DNA of 62,727 bases from Candidatus Bathyarchaeota archaeon (lineage in GTDB: Archaea; Thermoproteota; Bathyarchaeia; TCS64), in contig JADHWM010000002.1 in assembly GCA_016783485.1 (NCBI GenBank), positions 1 through 62,727 on the forward strand, read 5' to 3'. The notes under the pieces were generated by a model. It was given only the letters and a program-made list of their open reading frames with translations. It was not told the origin of the DNA and searched no databases. Shown here one piece after another: positions 19,992-28,775 of this stretch (position 1 is the stretch's first letter; each line of letters opens with the position of its first letter). The position numbers and the translations under genes are program-made.

Positions 19992-21160
19992 ATAAAACCC
20001 TCATCGTTTTCATCGACGGCCTCGGATACGACCGGGTAAACGACTCCTCATTCACGCTCAATCTATCCAACGAGCCCATCAGACTGACCCCCGCACTGGG
20101 CTACAGCTCAGCGCAGCAATCTATCATGTGGACCGGGAAAATGCCCTCTGAGACGGGGCGGTGGAGCGAACTGGCGTACTCTCCCGAGTCTTCACCCTGG
20201 TGGTGGCTGGGCTCCAGATACCTGATGTATCTGGACGAACTTGTGGCCAGAGCCCCACGTAAATTCAGATCGCTCTACGAGATCGTCGCCCGGGAAACGA
20301 TAAGATTCCTGAGCGGATGGATACGCCCCTTCCGTTCATACGACGCTTTCGCTGTGCCCGTCTCCAAGCTCAGCCACTTCACTCCGTATGAATCGGACAT
20401 CCATCAACCCGGCTGCCTAGGTGAGACGGAGACCCTGTTCGATATCCTGAGGAGCAGGGGGGTGAATTATCGCTACATCGGATACCCCGATGTCAAGGAG
20501 GACCACGAAGTTCATGGGAAGGGCATGGAAGCGATAATGGAAAACGACGTGATAATCCTCGGCTTCACGGAGCTGGACTCCATTGAACACCATTATGGAG
20601 TGGATTCAAGGGAAGCCCGGGATAAACTGGGTGAACTCAACGCATTCATCAACGATCTGATAGCGCTCTTCGAATCGAGCAACCCGGATGGCACCGTCAT
20701 CGTCTTCTCCGATCACGGCATGAGCGAGGTCAAGCACTCGATAGATGTCCAAGGAAGAGTGAATTGTCTCGACCTCCGAGACGGGTACGACTATCTCTCG
20801 TTCTACGACGCAACCATGGCCCGATTCTGGTTCTACACCGAGGCTGCTGAATCCATGATCACGGAGCTGCTGCGAACGATCGAGGGAGGAGTGATTCTGG
20901 AGGACGATGAATTACGCTCTTTGGGCCTGGACTTCGGCGACGACGCCTTCGGCGACCTCATCTTCTTGGTCGACGAGGGGTTCGTGGTCTCCCCGAACTA
21001 TTTCCAGGGCAGGACGGTTCCCCGGGGGATGCACGGATACCATCCTAGGAATCCCGGCCAACACGCCTTTCTCGCGAAGAACGATGAACCGGTGCCGAGG
21101 TCAACCATATCCATGGACGAGGTCTTCGACATCTTCATCCAGGCTCTAGGAATCACGTAG
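19988..21160 (+). CDS. Alkaline-phosphatase superfamily nucleotide pyrophosphatase/phosphodiesterase
   Basis: FIDGL, DSIEHHYG, SDHGM and GMHGY metal-ligand motifs. GTGA start/stop overlap with the upstream gene. Confidence 0.85.
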   Translation: MNKTLIVFIDGLGYDRVNDSSFTLNLSNEPIRLTPALGYSSAQQSIMWTGKMPSETGRWSELAYSPESSPWWWLGSRYLMYLDELVARAPRKFRSLYEIVARETIRFLSGWIRPFRSYDAFAVPVSKLSHFTPYESDIHQPGCLGETETLFDILRSRGVNYRYIGYPDVKEDHEVHGKGMEAIMENDVIILGFTELDSIEHHYGVDSREARDKLGELNAFINDLIALFESSNPDGTVIVFSDHGMSEVKHSIDVQGRVNCLDLRDGYDYLSFYDATMARFWFYTEAAESMITELLRTIEGGVILEDDELRSLGLDFGDDAFGDLIFLVDEGFVVSPNYFQGRTVPRGMHGYHPRNPGQHAFLAKNDEPVPRSTISMDEVFDIFIQALGIT

Positions 21161-21184
21161 GCCGCGCCCTGGAAGCGTAACCCT

Positions 21185-22411
21185 ATGAGTAAAAGGCTCG
21201 CGATAATCGCGAAGAGGTACGCAGACCCCATACCCGAGGGTCACACCCAGGCCTCCATCAACCTCATCAACAGCGTCCTAGGCTCAGAGTTGAAACCCCG
21301 GGTCATCTCCCACGGGCGGCCCCTCACAAGGGGCGACGTCCACATCTACAAACCCCTGGACGACCAGGTCTACGCCGTGTACGGCATGTTCGCCATACCC
21401 AAGTTCTCTAAAACGCTGGGAGCCGTCGCCTTCAAGATTCACGAACTCTACAGGATCCTTATCTCGGGTTGCCTGACCAAGGGCTTCGATGCGATATACC
21501 TGACGAACGTCCCGATGACCCAATACTCCGCATTCCTGAAACTCCTTTCGAAGGCCAGGAATAAGAAAGTGAAGATAGTCGCTCACGCGTTCCACCCCTA
21601 CACCCCTGAGGTGGGGCTTTTCCACGGAAACCATAGATGGCTGTTGAGCCACGGGAGCACGGACCACGTCTTCTGCATCAATCGTAGACTCGTGAGCCAC
21701 TACTCCGGGATCCTCGACCCGGGCAACGTTCATCACGTACCCTACCCTGTTGACACCGAACGATTCAAACCCCGAGACAAGACCGAAGCCCGGAAGCTGC
21801 TGAGGCTTCCCGAAGATGCGAGAATAATAGGATACGTTGGCCATCTGACTTTGGATCGAGGAGCATACGATCTGGTTGAGGCTGTGGGCGATGTGTCGTC
21901 AAGCCACAGGGATCTGATTCTGGCCATCGTCTCGTCTCCCTTCGTCACCGAGGAGCAGTACAAGGACTTTATGCATCACGTGCAAAAATATGGGGTGGAA
22001 GACAAGATCAAAATACTGAATCGCAGAGGAGACTATTACTACAACGCTATATTCAGTGGCTTCGACCACATAGATCGTTTTTTCAATGCCGTGGACATCG
22101 CTGCCCTCCCCTTCCGGAAACCGTATACGATAATCGATCCCCCCGTCACCCTCCTCGAAGCCATGTCCTCAGGAACCCCCCTAGTCACGACGAAAGCAGG
22201 GGCGATCGGAGAAGTCGCAGGCGGCGGCAACTCGGTCCTGATCCCCCCCGGCCAGGAGGGGGAGCTCAGGGAAGCCCTGGATGGCCTTCTGAAGGACGAC
22301 GAATCCAGGGGAAGAATCGGCTCGTCGGCGAGGTCGCACATGGTGAGCAATTATTCTCTGGATGCCATCGGTCATAGAATGATAGAATTATTCGAGGGCA
22401 TCATGGCATGA
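21185..22411 (+). CDS. GT4 glycosyltransferase
   Basis: VDTERF, YVGH and PPVTLLEAMSSGTP motifs. Confidence 0.88.
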   Translation: MSKRLAIIAKRYADPIPEGHTQASINLINSVLGSELKPRVISHGRPLTRGDVHIYKPLDDQVYAVYGMFAIPKFSKTLGAVAFKIHELYRILISGCLTKGFDAIYLTNVPMTQYSAFLKLLSKARNKKVKIVAHAFHPYTPEVGLFHGNHRWLLSHGSTDHVFCINRRLVSHYSGILDPGNVHHVPYPVDTERFKPRDKTEARKLLRLPEDARIIGYVGHLTLDRGAYDLVEAVGDVSSSHRDLILAIVSSPFVTEEQYKDFMHHVQKYGVEDKIKILNRRGDYYYNAIFSGFDHIDRFFNAVDIAALPFRKPYTIIDPPVTLLEAMSSGTPLVTTKAGAIGEVAGGGNSVLIPPGQEGELREALDGLLKDDESRGRIGSSARSHMVSNYSLDAIGHRMIELFEGIMA

Positions 22412-22451
22412 TATTCAACTTTAAAATACCGCGCTCACGAGCCTAATAGTC

Positions 22452-24080
22452 GTGCCTGACCTGAGAAAGCACTGGCCTCTGATCGCCGCGCTCCTCGTTT
22501 TCTGGGGCACAGTCGCCCTCGTACTCGTATCATCAGTGAACAACAACGGTGGCCGCCTCATCTACGCCCTCGATGACCCCTATATCCACATGTCCATCGC
22601 GAAAAACTTCGCCCAAAAAGGTGTGTGGGGCGTGACGGAGTACGAGTTCTCCTCGTCAGATTCCTCGATATCCTGGATAATTCTCCTATCTATCGCCTAC
22701 GTCATAGCCGGTGTTAACGAGATCACTCCGTTTTTACTTAATCTGATATCGGGGACTCTGCTTATCGGCGTGCTCTATGGCTACTTATCGGAACATGGGT
22801 TATCCCGCTCGTACACTTTCATGGTTCTGTTTTTGACGATCTTCGTGTCCCCTCTCCCCTCCACCGTCTTCGTTGGGATGGAGCACATCTTTCATGCGCT
22901 CATCACTCTGCTGTTCGTGACTCAGTCTGCGAAGATGTTGGCCAACGAGAGTGAACCATCCCTTGGTTATTTGGCGGCGTTATCCGTGGTCTCCATCACG
23001 ACGAGATTCGAAGCGATGTTTCTCATCGGAGTCGTCGCTCTACTATTCTATGTTAGGAAGCAGATCAGGGTTTCAGTCGTTCTCATTTTAAGTGGTGTCA
23101 TCCCCTTGGTGGCTTACGGGCTCATATCTATCCTGAACGGATGGGGCTTTTTTCCAACCCCGATCTCCCTCAAGGGCTCCTTCCCAACAATTACGCCCCT
23201 TGGATTATTCAGTTTCATGTACGAATTCCTTCATTATTTGACAATCGATGGATTGATCCTTACGCTAATTTTCACAGCATTACTGCTATTTTTATACAAA
23301 TACAATACAGGTGACGGCGTATGGGATCGTTCCATGGTCATGACAATGATATTCATCCCCACGACATCGATGCATATTCTATTCGCAAAAATTGGTAACT
23401 TCTTCAGATACGAAGTCTACCTAGTATCTCTTGGGCTGTTCATCATCGCAATAAATTCATACGAATATTTGACGAAAAACGTCTCATTCAAAAAAAGTAA
23501 GAGAATTGGGATCAACTCTGTCTTAATCATCATCCTGATCATGTTATTCCTATCCCCCCTCTTTCCCAGGAGTTTCAGATCGCTGAAAAACGTCTCCCAG
23601 GCAACCACGAACATCTATGAGCAGCAATACCAGATGGGCCTTTTCTTGGACGAATTCTATTCCGAGGACACCATCGTCGCGAACGATATCGGCGCCATCA
23701 CTTTCTTGACTCGAATACGGCTGATCGACATGAACGGGCTGGGCAACTTCGAAGCTGCTAGGGCGATCATGAGTGGAGAATTGACCACACAGCTGATCGT
23801 GGACCTAGCCCAGGCGGGACAGGCGAGAATAGCTGTGGTCTATGACCACAAGTTCGAGAGGGATTACCGCGGAAACGAGATAGGCGGAATACCTGAACAG
23901 TGGATCAAGGTGGGCCAATGGCGGATATCCGACAACATCGTCTGCGGTAGCGACACTGTCTCATTCTATGCCTTCGATTCCAGCGAAGCTCTCCTCTTAA
24001 CTGAAAACCTGCAGGCTTTCTCTTCGAGACTACCCGAAAGCATCCATCAAAGTGGTGGATACGCGATCTCTGGTGGATGA
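22452..24080 (+). CDS. GT-C-type membrane glycosyltransferase (arabinofuranosyltransferase-like)
   Basis: DDPYIH after the first helix, then GME, TRFE, RY and DIGA...IDMNGL motifs; about 12 hydrophobic helices. Confidence 0.7.
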   Translation: MPDLRKHWPLIAALLVFWGTVALVLVSSVNNNGGRLIYALDDPYIHMSIAKNFAQKGVWGVTEYEFSSSDSSISWIILLSIAYVIAGVNEITPFLLNLISGTLLIGVLYGYLSEHGLSRSYTFMVLFLTIFVSPLPSTVFVGMEHIFHALITLLFVTQSAKMLANESEPSLGYLAALSVVSITTRFEAMFLIGVVALLFYVRKQIRVSVVLILSGVIPLVAYGLISILNGWGFFPTPISLKGSFPTITPLGLFSFMYEFLHYLTIDGLILTLIFTALLLFLYKYNTGDGVWDRSMVMTMIFIPTTSMHILFAKIGNFFRYEVYLVSLGLFIIAINSYEYLTKNVSFKKSKRIGINSVLIIILIMLFLSPLFPRSFRSLKNVSQATTNIYEQQYQMGLFLDEFYSEDTIVANDIGAITFLTRIRLIDMNGLGNFEAARAIMSGELTTQLIVDLAQAGQARIAVVYDHKFERDYRGNEIGGIPEQWIKVGQWRISDNIVCGSDTVSFYAFDSSEALLLTENLQAFSSRLPESIHQSGGYAISGG

Positions 24081-24086
24081 AACGAA

Positions 24087-24851
24087 GTGGAAACTGCTGC
24101 CTCGGTGAACCAGAGATGGAGACTTGCTCAAAAGTATGAAAAAAGGCATTGGGAGATACGCCCCCGGAAACAGAGAAGCGACGAGGTTCTACACGATTAT
24201 TATGAATTCTTCAAGAAATCTCTCAGTCTTGGCGATGACCTAAGCGTTCTGGATATTGGAAGCGGGCCATTCGGAATGATAACCTACTTCCAGGGAACCG
24301 CAAGATGTGCGCTGGACCCGCTATTAGATGACTACTCCCAAAAAACGGGGATAACCAAAGGAACCGCGTTGGTGAAAGGCGTCGCTGAGCATCTACCCTT
24401 CATCGACGGTTCATTTGACATGGTGGTCTCAACAAACGCGATCGACCATGTGATGAAACCCGGCCAAATGTTGAGGGAAGTCCAAAGGGTTATAAAAGAA
24501 AGAGGTTGCACTCTGGTCTCGGTCTATTGCAGCGGCCTGATGATGAAGGTCGTCTTGGACCTACGAGAGAAAATCCATGAGGGAGACGTTCTTCACCAAC
24601 ACCATCTATCGTTTTTATCGATGGTTCGCCTCTTGAACCCCCTCTTTAACATCAAAAGAATTGTGATAGGTTTACGTGGTGATATGGACTTTTCCGAGAA
24701 GGACGTGCTGATTCAACATCTACGTGCATCAAGAATCCTAAAGGCCATGAGGACAGGTATACGGTACCTAATCGAACTGTTTGACCGGCTTATTTACCCC
24801 CCCGCTGAGTACATATTTCTCATGGAAAAACGCGTTCACGCCTCATTCTGA
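24087..24851 (+). CDS. Class I SAM-dependent methyltransferase
   Basis: VLDIGSGP, LPFIDGSFD and NAIDHV motifs. Confidence 0.85.
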   Translation: METAASVNQRWRLAQKYEKRHWEIRPRKQRSDEVLHDYYEFFKKSLSLGDDLSVLDIGSGPFGMITYFQGTARCALDPLLDDYSQKTGITKGTALVKGVAEHLPFIDGSFDMVVSTNAIDHVMKPGQMLREVQRVIKERGCTLVSVYCSGLMMKVVLDLREKIHEGDVLHQHHLSFLSMVRLLNPLFNIKRIVIGLRGDMDFSEKDVLIQHLRASRILKAMRTGIRYLIELFDRLIYPPAEYIFLMEKRVHASF

Positions 24852-24934
24852 TTCAACTGATTGTTGTTCACATGCGAAAACGCTAAGCGTCTGTCATAAA
24901 CGATCGATTCGAGTATGATTCTGGTGAGTAGCCC

Positions 24935-25546
24935 CTGATCGTGTTGTTCGGCCCCGATGGCTCGGGCAAGACCACGCTGTCGAGAGCCTTGGCGAGAACC
25001 CTCGTGGAGCGGGGGCAGCCGGTGAAGTGGTGCTGGATGCGGGGGAGCCACACCTTCGTCTCCCTGCTCTCCAGATTCCTCGCCCGATTCCCCGCGTTCC
25101 ATGGCCTCTCGAACCCCTATTACGGGATAGCCGTCCCCCCCTCTGCCTCGAGGCTGTGGCTCCTCCTGGAATACATCGGCTTCCTCCCGATCTACCTGCT
25201 CCAGTACGCCCTCCCCGCGTGGCTCGGCTACACCATCGTCTCCGACAGATTCACCGCAGACCTCGTGGTCTGGATCACCCTGGTGACAGACGATCCCACG
25301 GTGACCGACAGCCTCCTAGCCAGACACCTGATGGCCCTCATGCGGAGAGCCGGCCCCCTGTTCTTCGTCACTGCGGGGCTGGGACGCCTCGTGGCCCGAA
25401 GCGGGGAAGACCCCGGTTACATGAGGCGTCAACTGGCTTTGTATGGTAAATTGGGCTTGAACGCCAATATCATCGACACGACGGATGAGACACCAAAGGA
25501 CTCATTGAATAAGATCCTGGCGATAATAGACGGAGGTGGGTGCTGA
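24935..25546 (+). CDS. Thymidylate-kinase-like P-loop kinase
   Basis: GPDGSGKTT Walker A and SDR motif. Probable CTG start at 24935 after GGTGA. Confidence 0.8.
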   Translation: MIVLFGPDGSGKTTLSRALARTLVERGQPVKWCWMRGSHTFVSLLSRFLARFPAFHGLSNPYYGIAVPPSASRLWLLLEYIGFLPIYLLQYALPAWLGYTIVSDRFTADLVVWITLVTDDPTVTDSLLARHLMALMRRAGPLFFVTAGLGRLVARSGEDPGYMRRQLALYGKLGLNANIIDTTDETPKDSLNKILAIIDGGGC

Positions 25547-25549
25547 GCG

Positions 25550-26557
25550 GTGTCGGTTGTAGATCTCCTCAGGGTCGTGGGGTCGCCATTCGCAGAGTCG
25601 ACCCACTCCGTCCCAGCAGAGGACGCCCAAGGTCTCTATGAGCTCGCCCGGAGGAACCGCATGGGCCTCCTGCTCCTGACCTCCCTCGGGGATGACGATG
25701 TTCCCGCCTCGCTCGAGGAGGAGAGGGCCTCGATGATTGAGAAATCCGAGGAGACGATCCGGCTGATACCCCGGGTCGCCTCGATCCTCCAGGATGCCGG
25801 GCTGAACTACTCCCTCTTCAAGACCATCCGGCCCTACCCGTACACCACCGTCGACCTCGACGTCATCGCCTTCGACGGGGATCTGGAACCCTTCGGGGAG
25901 GCCTTCACTGCAGCAGGTTTCATCACCCTGGACGAGGGCCCCCTGTCCACCACCTTTCGGGACCCCGAGTCCAGCATCGGGATCGACATCTACGACGAGA
26001 TCGGTGTCAGCAAGATTATCTACCTGGACAAGAGGAACCTCCTCGATCACGTGGTCGACGTGGAGGTCGGGGGCGGAACCGTCAGGGCCCTGGACCCCGC
26101 ATCGGATCTCCTCGCGATCATAAGCCACTCCATCATAAAGGAGCTGATGTACGTCCTATCCGAGTACTACACCACACTGTACACGCTGGACGCCATGACC
26201 CCGGGGGAGCTCGATTCCCTAGTCACCCAGGCCTCTGAGAACCGGTTAATTTCGGCCGCATCGCTCCATCTAGGGATCACCGCGGCATTGCATCAGCTGG
26301 CGCATGGTTTAATTCCGGAGAAGATCATGGATCTAATGGACGGCCTGGGAGGAGCCAAGATGGGAGACGGGGACAGATACACAGAGATGCCGATGAAGTT
26401 TTCACCCGGCTCCGTCTGGAGGGTCTTCATAGAGAAGGCCGGGGAGCCGAGGATGAGGCGGAGCCTCGGCGTGCAGGCCCTGAGCCTCCTGAATCCCTCG
26501 TTCGCATTATCCTTCATCCCCAAGTTCATTCACCAGCTGACGCGGGAGACCTACTGA
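25550..26557 (+). CDS. Nucleotidyltransferase family protein (NTP_transf_5-like)
   Basis: LFKT...DLDV and IDIY catalytic-type acidic motifs. Confidence 0.75.
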   Translation: MSVVDLLRVVGSPFAESTHSVPAEDAQGLYELARRNRMGLLLLTSLGDDDVPASLEEERASMIEKSEETIRLIPRVASILQDAGLNYSLFKTIRPYPYTTVDLDVIAFDGDLEPFGEAFTAAGFITLDEGPLSTTFRDPESSIGIDIYDEIGVSKIIYLDKRNLLDHVVDVEVGGGTVRALDPASDLLAIISHSIIKELMYVLSEYYTTLYTLDAMTPGELDSLVTQASENRLISAASLHLGITAALHQLAHGLIPEKIMDLMDGLGGAKMGDGDRYTEMPMKFSPGSVWRVFIEKAGEPRMRRSLGVQALSLLNPSFALSFIPKFIHQLTRETY

Positions 26558-27480
26558 TGGTGTGGCCGGTCCGGGTGGACAGGGAAAGCGGTAAACGGGT
26601 GATCCTGTGGTCCATCGCAACCCTTTCCATACTGCTCTCGCTGTACCGGCATAACGCCCTGGTCCTTCTCGGGAAGGCAATCGAACTTCTCTCCGGGAAC
26701 CTCGGATACAGCTCCTCCCTGGGTGGGCTATTCCTCGTATCCTTTTTCCTCCTGCTCCGCTGGGAAGAATTCAACCTGATTCTCTCCCAGGAACGTGGAT
26801 ACACATCAATGCTCCCCAGGAGGCTATTCGGCCTGGCAGTGACCCTGTTCCCCCTCTTTTTCATGAGGAACACCGAGTTCCTGCCCCGGCACCAGTACCT
26901 CCATGCATCGGTGATGATGGTCTTCCTAGTGGGCTACGGAGCCACCCTGATTATAACTCCCACACTCTGGAAGGTCCTCCTCCCCTACGCTGCGCTGGCC
27001 GTGATGACTTTCCTCTCACCTTCCCTGATCCAGTCAACCCTGGGCGATGTTTTCATCGACATCGCAGCCGTCCTCACGAGACTCTTCCTCGGCCTTTCAG
27101 GCGCCGGCGTCATCTGGGACGGCAACGAGGCCGCGTTCATCTCCCGGTCGGGGGAGGCGGTGAAGCTCATGATAGACCGGGGGTGCTCATCGATACCCTC
27201 CATCTCCATATTCCTCCTCCTCGTGGGCCTGATGCACCTCGACCAGAAAAAGGATCTAAACTCCACCCTGAAGCTGGCCTCCCTGGGCACGGTCGCCCTG
27301 ATCGTAGTCAACTCGGTGAAGCTCGCGTTGACCATCTGGGCCGGAAAAGTCTACGGCAGCGGGGCCCTCTGGAGCCTCCACAGCTGGCTCGGCTACGTCT
27401 TCTTCACCGGCTTCTATTTGGTGGCTTTGTTAGCGTATCTTAGGATGAGCAAGCCTAGAATGAAGCGGGGGGAGGGCTGA
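26557..27480 (+). CDS. Exosortase/archaeosortase family protein
   Basis: About 8 hydrophobic helices. IDRGCSS carries the Cys, NSVK occupies the usual NxxR position and LHSWLG carries the His. Confidence 0.8.
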   Translation: MVWPVRVDRESGKRVILWSIATLSILLSLYRHNALVLLGKAIELLSGNLGYSSSLGGLFLVSFFLLLRWEEFNLILSQERGYTSMLPRRLFGLAVTLFPLFFMRNTEFLPRHQYLHASVMMVFLVGYGATLIITPTLWKVLLPYAALAVMTFLSPSLIQSTLGDVFIDIAAVLTRLFLGLSGAGVIWDGNEAAFISRSGEAVKLMIDRGCSSIPSISIFLLLVGLMHLDQKKDLNSTLKLASLGTVALIVVNSVKLALTIWAGKVYGSGALWSLHSWLGYVFFTGFYLVALLAYLRMSKPRMKRGEG

Positions 27481-27483
27481 TCC

Positions 27484-28263
27484 CTGCGGCTCAATCTACC
27501 GGATAACTATCCCAGCCAGGCCGCCCTCCTAGTCCTCGCAGTCGTCCTGTTCACGGTGGAGTACATCATCGTGTACATCAGCGAATCCATCGGGATCCTC
27601 CTGGTCCTGGTCACCCTGCTGGTCACCTACGGCCTCCTCTCAGTGATCAACGTCTCCGAGGCCATGGCCAAGATCGTGGAGGACATCTCCCTCCTCTTCA
27701 TCTACATGATGCTCATGTCCGCCCTCCCCTGGTTCTTCTTCAAACAGGAGCTCCTGGTCCCCGCCGTCTACTCCCTGGTGCTGGCCCTCTGCTTCTGGAG
27801 GATCCACACCGAGAACATCAGCTTGGAGAGCCTCGGGATGGCCTTCACTAACCTCAAGAGCGCCATATTCATCAGCTTGGCGATCGGCATCCCCATGGGG
27901 GTCGTCGAGTACACCATCCTCCGTCCCGCGGCTGTGACCCCCACCTTCGACGTGGGCTACTTCACCCAGACCGTGGTGCACATGCTCTTCTTCGTGGCCC
28001 TCGGGGAGGAGATCCTCTTCAGGGCGATAATCCAGAACAGCATCATCAAGTCCCTGGGCGTCGCCTCGGGCATCTTCTGGTCCGCCCTCTACTTCAGCGC
28101 GATGCACTTCGTCTGGAGGAGCATACCCGAGCTCTTTTTCACCTTCGCCGGGGGGCTCGTCCTCGGCGCCGTGTATTACAAGAAGAGGAACCTGGTCGAG
28201 CCCGTCCTCATCCACGCTGTGAACAACGTGGTGCTCCTGGCGGTCATGCCCTACCTCCTCTAA
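27484..28263 (+). CDS. CPBP (CAAX/Abi family) intramembrane glutamic protease
   Basis: EEILFR, FSAMH and HAVNN motifs. The hydrophobic frame extends upstream to a CTG at 27484. Confidence 0.9.
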   Translation: MRLNLPDNYPSQAALLVLAVVLFTVEYIIVYISESIGILLVLVTLLVTYGLLSVINVSEAMAKIVEDISLLFIYMMLMSALPWFFFKQELLVPAVYSLVLALCFWRIHTENISLESLGMAFTNLKSAIFISLAIGIPMGVVEYTILRPAAVTPTFDVGYFTQTVVHMLFFVALGEEILFRAIIQNSIIKSLGVASGIFWSALYFSAMHFVWRSIPELFFTFAGGLVLGAVYYKKRNLVEPVLIHAVNNVVLLAVMPYLL

Positions 28264-28436
28264 AGCGATCCAACCTCTCATAGAGAGTAGATCCTCAAAC
28301 CCCTTGGCTGACACGCAGAAGGTTGAATCCGTAGACTAACTCCGAATACCTTTCCCGTTAAAAAAAGGGCGGTAAAAATGCTGCCCTCTCACAGTACCTC
28401 GTGAAAATATCCCTTTCTGATTATCCTTCGATAATC

Positions 28437-28691
28437 CTACTCGGAGGCTTCCTCTTCTTCCTCCGATTCGGCCTCGAAGTCGAAATCCTCCAGGGGCATC
28501 GGGGGAGGCGTCGTCGCCAGGGTGTAGCCTATCCACGCCATGATGAGCAGGACCATCCCCACCGCTAGGAGCGCGGAGACCTGAATGGTCAGCCACGCCC
28601 ACGGCGACATGAACAGTAACCAGAAATAAATCACGACACCAGCGAGGCTTCCCAGGAAGATTATACCGCCGAGCGCTCGGTCATTAGCCAT
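28437..28691 (-). CDS. Small two-helix membrane protein with acidic tail, conserved archaeal type
   Basis: Two hydrophobic helices, WIGYTLATTPPP and an Asp/Glu-rich C-terminus. Confidence 0.75.
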   Translation of the reverse strand: MANDRALGGIIFLGSLAGVVIYFWLLFMSPWAWLTIQVSALLAVGMVLLIMAWIGYTLATTPPPMPLEDFDFEAESEEEEEASE

Positions 28692-28775
28692 ATTTATCAA
28701 ACCCTTATTCGGGGCTCATCTTTAATAATTCTACGGTTATGCATGACTTTCTGTCCAGGTTAAACCCGGGGCGAC

